A stretch of 64,000 bases of DNA, taken from IMG/VR virus record IMGVR_UViG_3300027749_002876, positions 372,001 through 436,000 of that record; one strand, written 5' to 3'. Position numbers and translations under genes: made by a program. The notes under the pieces were generated by a model that searched no databases, had not been told where the DNA came from, and worked only from the letters and a program-made list of their open reading frames with translations. Every line of letters starts with the position of its first letter. Positions within the stretch are counted from its first letter, which is position 1. Positions 1-11,313 of the stretch are shown piece by piece.

Positions 1-2
1 AC

Positions 3-404
3 TATTATACAATTGATACTATTTTACCTAATCAACCAAGTGCTGGAAAATCAACAGTAGTTATACAACAAGTTTTTACTCAAACTGTTGCTCCGGGAAC
101 AAATGTTGAATTTTACACAAGAAGCTCAATTATAGCAAGTGCTCACACATTTGAATATGTGGGTGCAGGAACTAATCCTGCAACAGCATTACCACAGTAT
201 GGTGGTATACCAATTGAAGCAAATGAAGTTGTAGCTACAAATGGAGCAGTCATAACGTTTACAAGTACAGACCAAAAAGGAAATTTTAAAGTAGGTAATG
301 GATTTACAATTAATCAAGCTACTGGAACCATTACTGGTACCGATTTTTACCAAAGTTTATTTGCTCAAATGACACCATTCATATTGGCGTTGGGTAACGA
401 TTAA
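3..404 (+). CDS. Virion structural/tail protein, 5' truncated by window edge
   Basis: Frame open from position 3 to TAA at 404; RSSIIASAHTFEYVGAGT...STDQKGNFKVG resembles large myovirus tail/baseplate proteins. Confidence 0.7.
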   Translation, partial: YYTIDTILPNQPSAGKSTVVIQQVFTQTVAPGTNVEFYTRSSIIASAHTFEYVGAGTNPATALPQYGGIPIEANEVVATNGAVITFTSTDQKGNFKVGNGFTINQATGTITGTDFYQSLFAQMTPFILALGND

Positions 405-423
405 GAAAGAATAAAGGAATAAC

Positions 424-762
424 ATGCCAGCAGCATTAAATAATTTTAGAACAACATTAGCAGATATTACAACTACTACAGCCAATGTATACACTCCACC
501 TATAGGTTATTCTACAGTTGTTTTGATGGCACAAATTAGTAATATTGGTGTAGGAACAATACAAATATCAGCCGGGGTATATCGTACTGGTAACTACACA
601 TCACTAGTCAAAGAGGCTAGTGTGCCTATTAATGACGCTAGTACAGTACTAACTGGAAGATTGATTTTAAATTACGGAGATATATTGCAATTTACAAGTA
701 GTGATGATACTAGCGCACAGTTAGTATTGAGTTATTTAGAAACATTGGTTACCGGATCATAA
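424..762 (+). CDS. Small virion structural protein (tail-associated)
   Basis: 112 aa beta-rich ORF with AAGGA SD; similar size and style to 13982..14353. Confidence 0.6.
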   Translation: MPAALNNFRTTLADITTTTANVYTPPIGYSTVVLMAQISNIGVGTIQISAGVYRTGNYTSLVKEASVPINDASTVLTGRLILNYGDILQFTSSDDTSAQLVLSYLETLVTGS

Positions 763-765
763 AAT

Positions 766-3543
766 ATGGCAATGAATAACTCAAAGCTGTTAAGTGGTCG
801 TGCTCCGGTTACTCCTTATAGTAACCTGTCAAACGACCGCTACCAGTTCTTAGGGCTTAGTCAAGCAGAACCAAGTCTTGGTGCGGGTGCAGATAACTCG
901 GTATTGACAATAAGCACAAGTAATACTAGAGTTTGGAGTAACACCCTAAGTCTAAGTTCACTGACAGTTAATGGTGCAAGCAATCTTGGAAACATAGCCA
1001 ATGTACATATATTTGGTGGAGCCAATGGCCAACTAATTCAAACAGATGGTAGTGGTAATCTAATATTTGCTGATCCTGCAGTTAATACTAGTGCGGCACC
1101 AATGCCCTTCTACGTCCCTGTAGGAGAAACATATTATGTTCCCACTAACTTTCAAGGATTATTTACAGTTCCTATTGAGATTGACGGTGCGTTAGAAGTA
1201 GATGGTATATTAGCTGAAGTTGGTACTGCTATTAACTCACTTAATAGCCAAGTTATATTTGATGATAACGGTGAGTTAACCGGTAATACAGGATTCACAT
1301 TCGATACAGTATCAGGTAATTTATCAGTTCCTGGATCAGGAATATTTACTGGTAGCTTATTGCCTAGCGCAAATATTATATATGATTTAGGTAATACAAC
1401 CAATCGTTGGAACGATTTATATCTATCCGGTACTACAATTTATATTGGCAACAGTACAATTTCTACTGCAGGTGCAAATCTTGTTTTTACTAACGGCAAT
1501 GGTGGACAATTCGTACTAAGTGGAAATGCAAACACAACTAGCTTTTCTAGCGCCAATGGCTCAAGTGTACTAACACTACGTGAAACAGACATAACTTTTA
1601 CTGCTAACGGTAATGCAAATATCTTTAAAATTACTGGTACTGGTGTAAATGTAGCTGGAACATTAAGTTCAACTGGAAACGCCGCAGTCAGTGGTATATT
1701 AACTGACAATTATTATTACGCTAATGGTCAACCATTGGATGTGGGTGGTATACCCGGTGGTTCAAATACAACTATTCAATTCAATAATAACGGTGAATTT
1801 GCTGGAAGTAATAATCTAACATTTAATAGTACAGCCAACTTATTAACATTAAACGGAAATATAGCCGCAAGTAATGCTAATTTGGGTAATATTGTTACTG
1901 CTAACTATCTAGTATCAAATAGCGGATGTGTTCTTATTGGGAACGGAGCTATTGCAGTTATTGGTAACGCAGCCGGCTTTTTTAACTCAGGTATAACAGA
2001 TATTAATTTAGGCTTAGTAGCCAATGTTGTTGTAGGTAGCACTACCGGAAACGTCACAATTCAGGGTAATTTAATAGCTAATAATAATGTTACAGTAATT
2101 GGAAACGTTTCTGGTAATTTGTTAACAGGTACACTGACAACTCAGGCTCAACCAAACATCACAAGTACAGGTACATTAACTAGTTTAAGTGTAAGTGGCA
2201 ATAGTAACGTTGGTAATATTGGTGCTACTGGTGGCGTGTTCACTACTGTAACCGGTACATTAACAACGGCTTCACAACCTAACATCACTAGTGTTGGCAT
2301 ATTATCCGGATTGTCAGTAAGTGGTGGAATTGAAGTTAACGGTAATGTTCAAGCTAATACTAATATTGTAGTTACAGGAAATATATCATCAGGTAATGCT
2401 AACCTAGGTAATCTAGCAACAGCTAACTATTTCTCAGGCACATTAACAACGGCAGCACAACCAAATATCACAAGTACAGGAACATTAACTAGTTTAAGTG
2501 TTACTGGTACTATAAACTCCGGCAATCTAAGTGTTTCAGGCAATGTAGATTCGGGTAACTTAAACAGTTCTTTCTTAAGTATTACGGGAAATATAAACTC
2601 CGGAAATCTAAGTGCTTCTGGTAATATTAACTCTGGTAACCTAAGTGCTTCTGGTAATATTAACTCTGGCAATCTAAGTGTTACTGCTAATGTGATCTCC
2701 GGCAATATAAGTGCTACTGGTAACATAAATTCCGGCAATATAAGTGCTACTGGTAACATAAGTTCCGGTAATGTAAATGCCTCTTTCTTAAGCATTACCG
2801 GTAATATAACTTCGGGTAATTTAAGTGCATCGGGTAATATAGATGCTAGTAACTTTAATGGTTCATTCTTAAGTGTCACCGGGAATATAATCTCCGGTAA
2901 CATAAATTCAGGTAATGCTACATTTGGTAATATTACATCAAATGGCACAGGTGGTAACATTACTGGTGCTAATGTGATATCTGCCAATACATTCTCTGCC
3001 TCAGGTAACATCAGTTCTGCTAATTTAAATGCGTCTTTCTTAAGCATTACTGGAAACATAATCACCGGTAATTTAAGTACTTCGGGTAATATAGATTTTG
3101 GAAATTTAAATGGTTCGTTCCTAAGCATCACTGGTAATATAAATTCTGGTAATATAAGTGCATCGGGCAATATAAATTCTGCTAATTTGACAATTTCAAA
3201 TACAATTGATGCGGTAAACATAAAGGTTACGGATCTATATAGTAAACGTACATCAATTCCAATTACATCTAATACTCTAATTGACGTATTTCCTACTACC
3301 CAATTTAGGTCTGCGAAATATACAATGCGGGCAGGCAATGGAACTGATTTTCAAGCACTAGAAGTTCTTTTAGTTCACAATAGCATAAATAGTATTATAA
3401 CTGTTTATGGTAGTTTATCAACCTCGTCAACTGATTTGGTAGCTTTTGACACAGATATTAGTGCAGGAAATGTAAACGTATATGCGACAGCGGTTGGCGC
3501 AAATACAAATTTAAACTTAATGGGAACATATGTCCCGGATTAA
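766..3543 (+). CDS. Tail fibre-like protein, Gly/Asn/Ser-rich repeats
   Basis: 925 aa; TTxAQPNITSxGTL repeats, 11-aa SGNLSASGNIN tandem repeats, C-terminal FRSAKY domain shared with the next ORF. Confidence 0.75.
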   Translation: MAMNNSKLLSGRAPVTPYSNLSNDRYQFLGLSQAEPSLGAGADNSVLTISTSNTRVWSNTLSLSSLTVNGASNLGNIANVHIFGGANGQLIQTDGSGNLIFADPAVNTSAAPMPFYVPVGETYYVPTNFQGLFTVPIEIDGALEVDGILAEVGTAINSLNSQVIFDDNGELTGNTGFTFDTVSGNLSVPGSGIFTGSLLPSANIIYDLGNTTNRWNDLYLSGTTIYIGNSTISTAGANLVFTNGNGGQFVLSGNANTTSFSSANGSSVLTLRETDITFTANGNANIFKITGTGVNVAGTLSSTGNAAVSGILTDNYYYANGQPLDVGGIPGGSNTTIQFNNNGEFAGSNNLTFNSTANLLTLNGNIAASNANLGNIVTANYLVSNSGCVLIGNGAIAVIGNAAGFFNSGITDINLGLVANVVVGSTTGNVTIQGNLIANNNVTVIGNVSGNLLTGTLTTQAQPNITSTGTLTSLSVSGNSNVGNIGATGGVFTTVTGTLTTASQPNITSVGILSGLSVSGGIEVNGNVQANTNIVVTGNISSGNANLGNLATANYFSGTLTTAAQPNITSTGTLTSLSVTGTINSGNLSVSGNVDSGNLNSSFLSITGNINSGNLSASGNINSGNLSASGNINSGNLSVTANVISGNISATGNINSGNISATGNISSGNVNASFLSITGNITSGNLSASGNIDASNFNGSFLSVTGNIISGNINSGNATFGNITSNGTGGNITGANVISANTFSASGNISSANLNASFLSITGNIITGNLSTSGNIDFGNLNGSFLSITGNINSGNISASGNINSANLTISNTIDAVNIKVTDLYSKRTSIPITSNTLIDVFPTTQFRSAKYTMRAGNGTDFQALEVLLVHNSINSIITVYGSLSTSSTDLVAFDTDISAGNVNVYATAVGANTNLNLMGTYVPD
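2500..3190 (+). repeat. Degenerate 33-nt coding tandem repeat (SGNLSASGNIN)
   Basis: Near-exact copies such as ctaagtgcttctggtaatattaactctgg at about 2608-2670. Confidence 0.8.
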
Positions 3544-3555
3544 AAAGGAAATAAA

Positions 3556-6500
3556 ATGACTACAAAAAATTTCGTTGTTAAGAATGGTATTACAACAGGT
3601 AATATCGTTTTAGACGCCGCATCAGGTAATGTAACAGCTAACAACATATCGGTGTCTGGTAATGCAACGGTTGGTAATTTGATTACAACAGGAGCAGGTG
3701 GCGGTAATATTACCGGCGCTAACTTAATTTCTGCTAACTATTTTACAGGTACGTTAACAACTGCGGCACAACCAAATATCACTTCAGTTGGCACATTAGC
3801 AAGCCTATCAGTAGCTGCTAATGCCAATATTGGTAACATTGGTACAGGTGGATTAATTACTGCTACAGGTAATCTTAACGCAGGCAATTTAAATACAGGC
3901 GGTGTTGTATCTGCTACGGGCAATATTACTGGTGCTAATTTGATTACCGGTGGTTTAATTACTGCTACTGGCAATATTACTGGTGCTAATTTAGTTACAG
4001 GTGGTGTATTATCTGTAACAAGTAATGCTAATATTGGTAATATTGGCACAGCTGGTTTAATTACTGCTACTGGCAACATTACTGGTGGAAACTTAGTCAC
4101 TTCCAATGCAGTAAGTGCCGGTACATTAACAGTTTCTGGAGTAAGTAGTTTAGGTGCTATTGGTAATGTTAGAGTTACCGGTGGTACTAGTGGTCAAGTT
4201 GTGTCAACTGATGGTGCAGGTAATCTATCATTTATCTCAATCAGTTCTTCTGCACTTACAAATGGTAATAGTAATGTAACTGTATTAGCTAATGGCAATG
4301 TCACAATTTCAAGTACAGGAAATGCAAACGTATTAGTTGTTGATGGAGCTGGGGCTAATATAACAGGCACATTAACTGCTACTGGTAATATAACTTCTCC
4401 GTACTTCATTGGTAACGTTGTTGGTAACGTTTCTGGTAATATCTCAGGTAGTATTACTATCCCCGGTTCTAATACAGGTGTTGTATTCAATGACGCAGGT
4501 AATGCTAATACAAGTACAGCATTCACGTTTAATAAAGGTAGTAATCTAGTAACTATTACTAGTAACGCTAACGTAGGTAATTTAAATTCAAGCGGTTTTG
4601 TAACAAGTGCTAACTTAAGTGTATCAGGTAACGCTAACGTAGGTAATTTAGGTGTAACAGCATTAGTCGCAACTGGAGCAGGTAGCTTTGGTGCCAATGT
4701 TAATATGAACGGCTTTTTCTTAAGTAACATTGGATATGCAGTTTCAAATACAGATGCCGCATCTAAATTGTATGTTGATACAATGGTATCAAGTGGTATC
4801 AGTTATCACCAACCAGTCAATGTCGCAACTACAACTACATTAGCAGTTGCTACAGGCGGTACAACCGCATACAATTCACCTAATGGAGCTGCAAATGGTA
4901 TTGGTGCTTATATTAGTACAACTGGTACATTCTTATTAATTGACAGCGCAAACGTTCAAACAGTTGGTACACGTATCTTAGTTAAGAATGAAGCTAATGC
5001 AACATGGAATGGTGTTTATACATATTCTAATACGACAGCTATCGTTCGTTCTACTGATACTGACGAATATGGACCAGACAGCACAGAACAATTAAGTATC
5101 AATGATTACTTCTTTACACTAGGCGGTGTAGTTAATGAGGGTGTTGCTTTTGTAGTTAGTGCCCCAGCCGGAGTAATCACATTTGGTACTAGTAATATTA
5201 CATTCGCTGTATTCAGTACAAGTCAAATTTATGATGCTGGTACAGGTATTAATATTGTTGGTACTACAATTAGTGCTAACGCAAGTCAAACACAAATTAC
5301 AGCAATTGGTACATTGACAACATTATCAGTTTCTGGTAACGCTACAGTTGGTAACTTAACAACAGGTGGTTCAGGTGGTAACGTTACTGGTGCTAATGTA
5401 ATTGCAGCCAACACATTCAGTGCTACTGCTAACATTACCGGTGGTAATATCATTAGTGGTGGTATTGTTTCTGCTACAGGTAATGGTACATTTGGTAACA
5501 TTAGTACAGGTATAATTACTGCTACAGGTAACATCACTGGTGCTAATTTAATTGGCCCTCATGCTAATGGTAACAGTAATATTGCTATTACTGCTAATAG
5601 TAACATAGCAATGACAGTTGCAGGCACTGCAAACGTACTAGTAGTAACATCAACTGGTGCTAACATAACTGGTACATTAAGTGCAAGTGGTAATGCTAAC
5701 GTTGGTAACTTGGGTACAGGTGGATTGATTACTGCAACTGGTAATATAACTGGTGCTAATTTAATTACAGGTGGATTAGTTTCTGCTACAGGAAATATTA
5801 CTGGTGCTAATTTAATTGGCCCACATGCTAATGGTAACAGTAATGTTAATATTGCAACTGCAAACGGAAATGTAACTATTACTGCTGTAGGTAATACAAT
5901 AGTAACAGTTACAGGTACTGGTGCTAACATAGCCGGCACATTAAGTGTAACCGGTAACGCTAACATTGGCAACATAGGTACAGGTGGCTTAATTACTGCA
6001 ACAGGAAATATTACTGGTGCTAATTTAATAACAGGTGGCATTGTAAGTGCTACCGGTAATGGTACATTTGGTAACATTAGTACAGCCGGTACATTAACTG
6101 TTACAGGTAATGCTGTCGTTGGTAACTTAACAACTTCAGGTGGTTCAGGTGGTAACATTACTAATGCTAACGTGATTTCTGCGAACACATTCAGTGCTAG
6201 CGGTAATGTCACTGCTGGTAATTTGACTGTATCTGGATTAACTAGTTTAGGTGCAGTTGGTAATGTAGCAATCACTGGCGGTACTAGTGGACAAGTACTA
6301 AGTACAAATGGTTCAGGTGGATTGTCATTTATAACAATTGGCACAGCTGGCGTATCAAATGGTAATAGTAATGTTAGTATTGCAACAGCCGGAGGTAATG
6401 TAACTACAAGCGTAGCTGGTAATGCTAACATATTAGTTGTTACTGGAACAGGTGCTAATATAGCCGGTACATTAAGTGTATCAGGTAATGCTAACGTTGC

Positions 6501-8283
6501 TAACTTAGGTACAGCATTAATCACTGCTACTGGTAACATCACTGGTGCTAACTTAGTTACAGGTGGTGTATTGTCTGTTACAGGTAATGCTAACGTTGCT
6601 AACTTAGGTACAGCATTAATCACTGCTACTGGTAACATTACTGGTGCTAACTTAGTTACAGGTGGTTTACTATCTGTAACGGGTAACGCTACTGTTGGTA
6701 ATTTGATAACTGCAGGTGGTTCTGGTGGTAATATTAGTAATGCCAACGTAATCTCTGCTAACACATTCAATGGTACTACATTAAGTATAACAGGTAATGG
6801 TACATTTGGTAACATTAGTGCAGGAGCTGGTACAGGTGGTAACATCACTGGTGCTAACTTAGTTTCTGCTAACTTCTTTACTGGTACATTAACAACAGCG
6901 GCTCAACCAAATATCACAAGTACTGGTACATTAACAAGTTTAAGTGTTTCTGGCACAAGCAATTTAGGTGCAGTTGGTAATGTAACAATTACCGGTGGCT
7001 CAAATGGACAAGTTCTAACTACAAACGGTTCAGGTGGATTGTCATTCGTATCAATCAGTTCATCAAGTATCAGTAATGGAAATAGTAACGTAAATATTCC
7101 ATCAGCAAACGGCAATGTTAATATTAGTGCAGTTGGTACTGCAAACGTTGTTGTTGTAACTGCTACTGGTGCTAACGTCACAGGTACACTGAGTGTATCA
7201 GGTAATGCAACTGTTGGTAATTTAATAGGCCCACATGCTAACGGAAATAGCAATGTTAATATTGCAACTGCAAACGGCAATGTAACTATTGCGTCTGCAG
7301 GTAATACAACAATGACTGTTACTGGTACTGGCGCAAACATCACAGGTACATTGAGTGTATCAGGTAATGCTACAGTTGGTAACATAGTTGCAAGTGGTGG
7401 CGGTGGTGGTAACATCACAGGTGCTAACTTAGTTTCTGCCAACTACTTCACTGGTACATTAACAACAGGTGCACAACCTAATATCACAAGTACTGGTACA
7501 TTAACAAGTTTAAGTGTATCTGGCACAAGTAATTTAGGTGCTGTAGGTAATGTAACAATCACTGGTGGTACTAGTGGTCAAGTACTAAGTACAAATGGTT
7601 CAGGTGGATTGTCATTTATTTCAATCAGTTCATCAGGTATCAGCAACGGAAATAGTAATGTCAATATCGCTACTGCAAATGGTAATGTAACTATTGCTTC
7701 TGCAGGTAATACAACAATGACTGTTACTGGTACTGGTGCAAACATCACAGGTACATTGAGTGTATCAGGTAATGCTACTGTTGGTAATTTAATTTCAAGT
7801 GGTGCAGGTGGTGGTAACATCACAGGTGCTAACTTAGTTTCTGCTAACTACTTTACTGGTACATTAACTACAGGTGCACAACCTAATATCACAAGTACTG
7901 GTACACTAACAAGTTTGGTTGTAACAGGTAATGTTACAACTGGTAACGTTCTATTGAATGGTGGACTACAGAGTAATAGGTCAAATGTATCAGCAACAAC
8001 AAATACTGTTATTGACCAATTTGCAACAACAACTTATAGAACTGCTAAATATATCATCAGTGCTTCAAGTGCAAATGGATATCAGTCAATTGAAGCACTA
8101 TTAGTACAAGATGGAACAAACAGTTACATAACAATTTATGGATCAGTTTGTTCTAACGCAGTAGCAGACATTGTTGATATTAGCAGTAATATTAATGGTG
8201 TGTCAGGAAACGTGTCATTATATGCAACTAGTTCAGGTGGAACCGCAACAGTTAACTTAATAACAACTTACCTACTAACATAA
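3556..8283 (+). CDS. Giant tail fibre-like protein
   Basis: 1575 aa; ATGNITGANL, NGNSNVNIATANGNV and QPNITS repeats; SD AAGGA. Confidence 0.8.
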   Translation: MTTKNFVVKNGITTGNIVLDAASGNVTANNISVSGNATVGNLITTGAGGGNITGANLISANYFTGTLTTAAQPNITSVGTLASLSVAANANIGNIGTGGLITATGNLNAGNLNTGGVVSATGNITGANLITGGLITATGNITGANLVTGGVLSVTSNANIGNIGTAGLITATGNITGGNLVTSNAVSAGTLTVSGVSSLGAIGNVRVTGGTSGQVVSTDGAGNLSFISISSSALTNGNSNVTVLANGNVTISSTGNANVLVVDGAGANITGTLTATGNITSPYFIGNVVGNVSGNISGSITIPGSNTGVVFNDAGNANTSTAFTFNKGSNLVTITSNANVGNLNSSGFVTSANLSVSGNANVGNLGVTALVATGAGSFGANVNMNGFFLSNIGYAVSNTDAASKLYVDTMVSSGISYHQPVNVATTTTLAVATGGTTAYNSPNGAANGIGAYISTTGTFLLIDSANVQTVGTRILVKNEANATWNGVYTYSNTTAIVRSTDTDEYGPDSTEQLSINDYFFTLGGVVNEGVAFVVSAPAGVITFGTSNITFAVFSTSQIYDAGTGINIVGTTISANASQTQITAIGTLTTLSVSGNATVGNLTTGGSGGNVTGANVIAANTFSATANITGGNIISGGIVSATGNGTFGNISTGIITATGNITGANLIGPHANGNSNIAITANSNIAMTVAGTANVLVVTSTGANITGTLSASGNANVGNLGTGGLITATGNITGANLITGGLVSATGNITGANLIGPHANGNSNVNIATANGNVTITAVGNTIVTVTGTGANIAGTLSVTGNANIGNIGTGGLITATGNITGANLITGGIVSATGNGTFGNISTAGTLTVTGNAVVGNLTTSGGSGGNITNANVISANTFSASGNVTAGNLTVSGLTSLGAVGNVAITGGTSGQVLSTNGSGGLSFITIGTAGVSNGNSNVSIATAGGNVTTSVAGNANILVVTGTGANIAGTLSVSGNANVANLGTALITATGNITGANLVTGGVLSVTGNANVANLGTALITATGNITGANLVTGGLLSVTGNATVGNLITAGGSGGNISNANVISANTFNGTTLSITGNGTFGNISAGAGTGGNITGANLVSANFFTGTLTTAAQPNITSTGTLTSLSVSGTSNLGAVGNVTITGGSNGQVLTTNGSGGLSFVSISSSSISNGNSNVNIPSANGNVNISAVGTANVVVVTATGANVTGTLSVSGNATVGNLIGPHANGNSNVNIATANGNVTIASAGNTTMTVTGTGANITGTLSVSGNATVGNIVASGGGGGNITGANLVSANYFTGTLTTGAQPNITSTGTLTSLSVSGTSNLGAVGNVTITGGTSGQVLSTNGSGGLSFISISSSGISNGNSNVNIATANGNVTIASAGNTTMTVTGTGANITGTLSVSGNATVGNLISSGAGGGNITGANLVSANYFTGTLTTGAQPNITSTGTLTSLVVTGNVTTGNVLLNGGLQSNRSNVSATTNTVIDQFATTTYRTAKYIISASSANGYQSIEALLVQDGTNSYITIYGSVCSNAVADIVDISSNINGVSGNVSLYATSSGGTATVNLITTYLLT

Positions 8284-8333
8284 TATGCATTAATTTGCAT
8301 CTTACAATTTAATACAACAGGGAATATGGAACT

Positions 8334-9359
8334 GTGGCGACAACTGGTTATACAAAGAACTTTGTAGTAAAGAACGGCATTACAACCGGTCCTATTACAC
8401 TCGATGCTTCATCTGGCAATATTGCTGGATCAAACGTATCAATAACGGCCAACTTGTCTGTCACAGGTGTAAGTAACTTAGGTGCACCCGGTAATGTTAA
8501 AATATCCGGCGGTACTAATGGTTACGTACTAAGCACAGATGGTTCTTCAAATCTATCTTGGGTAGCACAATCAGCTGGTGGTGGCTCATCTATCAGTAAT
8601 GGTACAAGTAATGTTAGTATTGCAACATCCGGTGGTAATGTAACAATCAGTACAGCCGGTAATGCCAACATAATGACCGTCACTGGCACAGGTGCAAACA
8701 TTGCAGGTACACTAAGTGTTTCTGGTACAACTAATTTAGGTAATGTAGGTAACGTAACAATCACTGGCGGTACTAATGGATATCTGTTAAGTACTAATGG
8801 TTCAGGTGGACTAAGTTGGGTAGCATCATCATCCGGATCTAATATAGTACTTGACTCATTCACTGGTAATGGTGTACAAACAGTCTTTACATTAACCAAT
8901 GCACCTACATCAGAAGATTATACTATTATCAATATTGATGGTGTAAGTCAATTACATTCAGCATATTCAGTTGCAAATGCAAACGTTACATTAAGTAGTG
9001 CGCCGGCTAGTGGTGCCGCTATTGAGGTAATGACATTTAATCTTGGTGGAGTTGCAAGTGCATCAGGTTACACTTATGTAGAAGCTACTGGAAATACTAC
9101 AGCAGTCGCAAACACAAAATACATCGTTAACACTAACAGTGCTAACATAACTATTACACTTCCAAGCAGTCCTACATTAGGAACTGAAGTTGGTATCATT
9201 GATGGTACTGGTAATGCCAGTGTACATGCTATTACAGTTAGTAGAAATGGTGCAAATATTCAAGGAGCAGCCTCAAATATGACAGTCACCACAGCCCGTT
9301 CAGCATTTACATTGGTATATTATAATGCTTCTCAGGGCTGGGTATTAACAAACGTATAA
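8334..9359 (+). CDS. Tail fibre/baseplate-associated protein
   Basis: GTG start; N-terminus KNFVVKNGITTG shared with the 3556 ORF; FTGNGVQTVFTL module; C-terminal ITLPSSPTLG...LVYYNASQGWVL domain. Confidence 0.7.
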   Translation: MATTGYTKNFVVKNGITTGPITLDASSGNIAGSNVSITANLSVTGVSNLGAPGNVKISGGTNGYVLSTDGSSNLSWVAQSAGGGSSISNGTSNVSIATSGGNVTISTAGNANIMTVTGTGANIAGTLSVSGTTNLGNVGNVTITGGTNGYLLSTNGSGGLSWVASSSGSNIVLDSFTGNGVQTVFTLTNAPTSEDYTIINIDGVSQLHSAYSVANANVTLSSAPASGAAIEVMTFNLGGVASASGYTYVEATGNTTAVANTKYIVNTNSANITITLPSSPTLGTEVGIIDGTGNASVHAITVSRNGANIQGAASNMTVTTARSAFTLVYYNASQGWVLTNV

Positions 9360-9369
9360 GGTATAGAAA

Positions 9370-11196
9370 ATGGCAGATTATTATCAGTTAAAAAATCAAA
9401 ATATTTTTAACCCACCAGCAAATACAGATATGGGCAATGCAAATAGCCAGTTCAATAGTATGTATGTCCAAAATGCCTTAGTTTTAGGTAATGTTAGTGT
9501 GACTGGTAGTACAATTGTTGCACCACGTGTAAGTAGTATTGCTTATCCGGGTGACGACACAGCCGCCGATACCGCAGGTGGACAAACAATTACATTAACT
9601 GGTTCTGGATTTGTCGCCGGGGCAAGTGTATTAATTAATGGTAGTGCAGTGGGAGTAGTATCTGTAGTAAGTTCAACTAGTATTACATTTACTAGTCCAG
9701 CAAATAGTACTGGTAGCTATGTTATATATGTTATAAATCCAGATGGTAGCACAGCAATTTCTATTCCAGGCATTCAATACAGTGGAACACCAAATTGGAC
9801 AACCGCAGCCGGCACTTTAGGTAATGTATATGAAACTGCTAGTTTCAATCAAACAGTTACAGCAACAGGTGATGCACCTATTACTTATAGTGTTTTTAGT
9901 GGTTCATTACCACCAGGAGCAACATTTAACAGTAACGGAACAATAACTGGTATAAGTCAGGCATTAGCAAGTCCCACCACATATACATTTACGGTTAGAG
10001 CAACTGATGCCCAATTACAAGATACCAATCGTAGTTTTAGTTTAACTATTACGCCAGACGTAGTTACATGGAGTTCACCTGCACCTAACTCAACTAGCAC
10101 CTTATCATTAAATGTGGCAATGAGCAATGTAACAATGGTTGCAACTAGTGCTGCAGGATTTGGTATAGTATATACAGCAAATACTCTTCCGACTGGTCTT
10201 AGTATCACCGGTGCCAATATTAGCGGGACACCAACTGTGTCCGCTAATTCATCAAGTTTACTTACTGCCACAGCCAATAGCAGTGGCAAAACAAGTAGTC
10301 AAGTGATTAATTGGGTTGTGCAAAATTCTGTCACACCTACTGTAAATTATCTAGTGGTTGGTGGCGGCGGAGGTGGCGGTGGCGGAATTGGCGGTGGCGG
10401 TGGCGCCGGCGGCTTTAGAACGGGCTCCTCTTTTGCAGTTAGCGGCTCATTTACTGTAACAGTAGGTACAGGCGGCGCCGGCGGCCCTCCCGGTGCTCAG
10501 GGCGGTTCAGGAGGAACTGGAACCGGCGGTCCTGGTGTTAGTGGAACAAGTTCTGTTTTCAGCACAATTACAGCAGCCGGCGGTGGATTTGGAACTAGTG
10601 AAAACTACCCCCCTCCTACAGCAGGAAGTGGTGGTTCGGGTGGCGGTGGCGGAACAAACAACGGCCCCGGTGGATCTGGAAATACTCCAAGCACCTCACC
10701 ATCACAAGGTAATAATGGTGGTTTAGGTGGCAATAACTATGACAAAGGTGGCGCAGGCGGAGGTGGTGCTAGTGCAGTAGGTGCAGATGCAAATAATAGT
10801 ACCAGAGCAGCTGGCAATGGTGGTAACGGTACAGCATCATCTATCTCCGGTACTTCTGTAACTTATGCAGGTGGTGGTGGCGGTGGCTCACACCCGGCTG
10901 GATTATCAGCAGGTACCGGCGGTACAGGTGGTGGTGGTAACGGTGGTTATGCCGATGCTGTGGGTGCACCGGGTACTACTAACACCGGTGGCGGTGGTGG
11001 TGGTGGTGGCCATATAGGTAATATTCAGCAACAAAAAGCAGGTGGAGCAGGAGGTTCTGGAATAGTAATTATTGCGTACCCATCTAATTATCCAGACTTT
11101 ACATCAATTGGAGTAGGGTTAACTTATGCAAAAACAACTGTAGGTGGAAATAAAATTTACACATTTACTGCTGGTACAGGAACAATTACTGTCTAA
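9370..11196 (+). CDS. Ig-like (IPT/TIG) plus glycine-rich adhesin/tail-tip protein
   Basis: GGQTITLTGSGF IPT motif, SLPPGATF Ig repeats, YLVVGGGGGGG...GGSGIVIIAY glycine-rich domain. Confidence 0.75.
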   Translation: MADYYQLKNQNIFNPPANTDMGNANSQFNSMYVQNALVLGNVSVTGSTIVAPRVSSIAYPGDDTAADTAGGQTITLTGSGFVAGASVLINGSAVGVVSVVSSTSITFTSPANSTGSYVIYVINPDGSTAISIPGIQYSGTPNWTTAAGTLGNVYETASFNQTVTATGDAPITYSVFSGSLPPGATFNSNGTITGISQALASPTTYTFTVRATDAQLQDTNRSFSLTITPDVVTWSSPAPNSTSTLSLNVAMSNVTMVATSAAGFGIVYTANTLPTGLSITGANISGTPTVSANSSSLLTATANSSGKTSSQVINWVVQNSVTPTVNYLVVGGGGGGGGGIGGGGGAGGFRTGSSFAVSGSFTVTVGTGGAGGPPGAQGGSGGTGTGGPGVSGTSSVFSTITAAGGGFGTSENYPPPTAGSGGSGGGGGTNNGPGGSGNTPSTSPSQGNNGGLGGNNYDKGGAGGGGASAVGADANNSTRAAGNGGNGTASSISGTSVTYAGGGGGGSHPAGLSAGTGGTGGGGNGGYADAVGAPGTTNTGGGGGGGGHIGNIQQQKAGGAGGSGIVIIAYPSNYPDFTSIGVGLTYAKTTVGGNKIYTFTAGTGTITV

Positions 11197-11205
11197 GGAA
11201 TACAC

Positions 11206-11280
11206 ATGGTACATTATACATTTTTAGACAAAAAAATTGTTATTAAAACATTACCAACAAGTGCATTCCCGACATATTGA
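11206..11280 (+). pseudogene. 24-codon relic ORF (MVHYTFLDKKIVIK...)
   Basis: Good SD (AAGGA) but stops after 24 codons; resembles the start of small proteins that follow Gly-rich adhesins. Confidence 0.4.
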
Positions 11281-11313
11281 TATGAGCTAAATACATAATA
11301 AGGACAAGATATA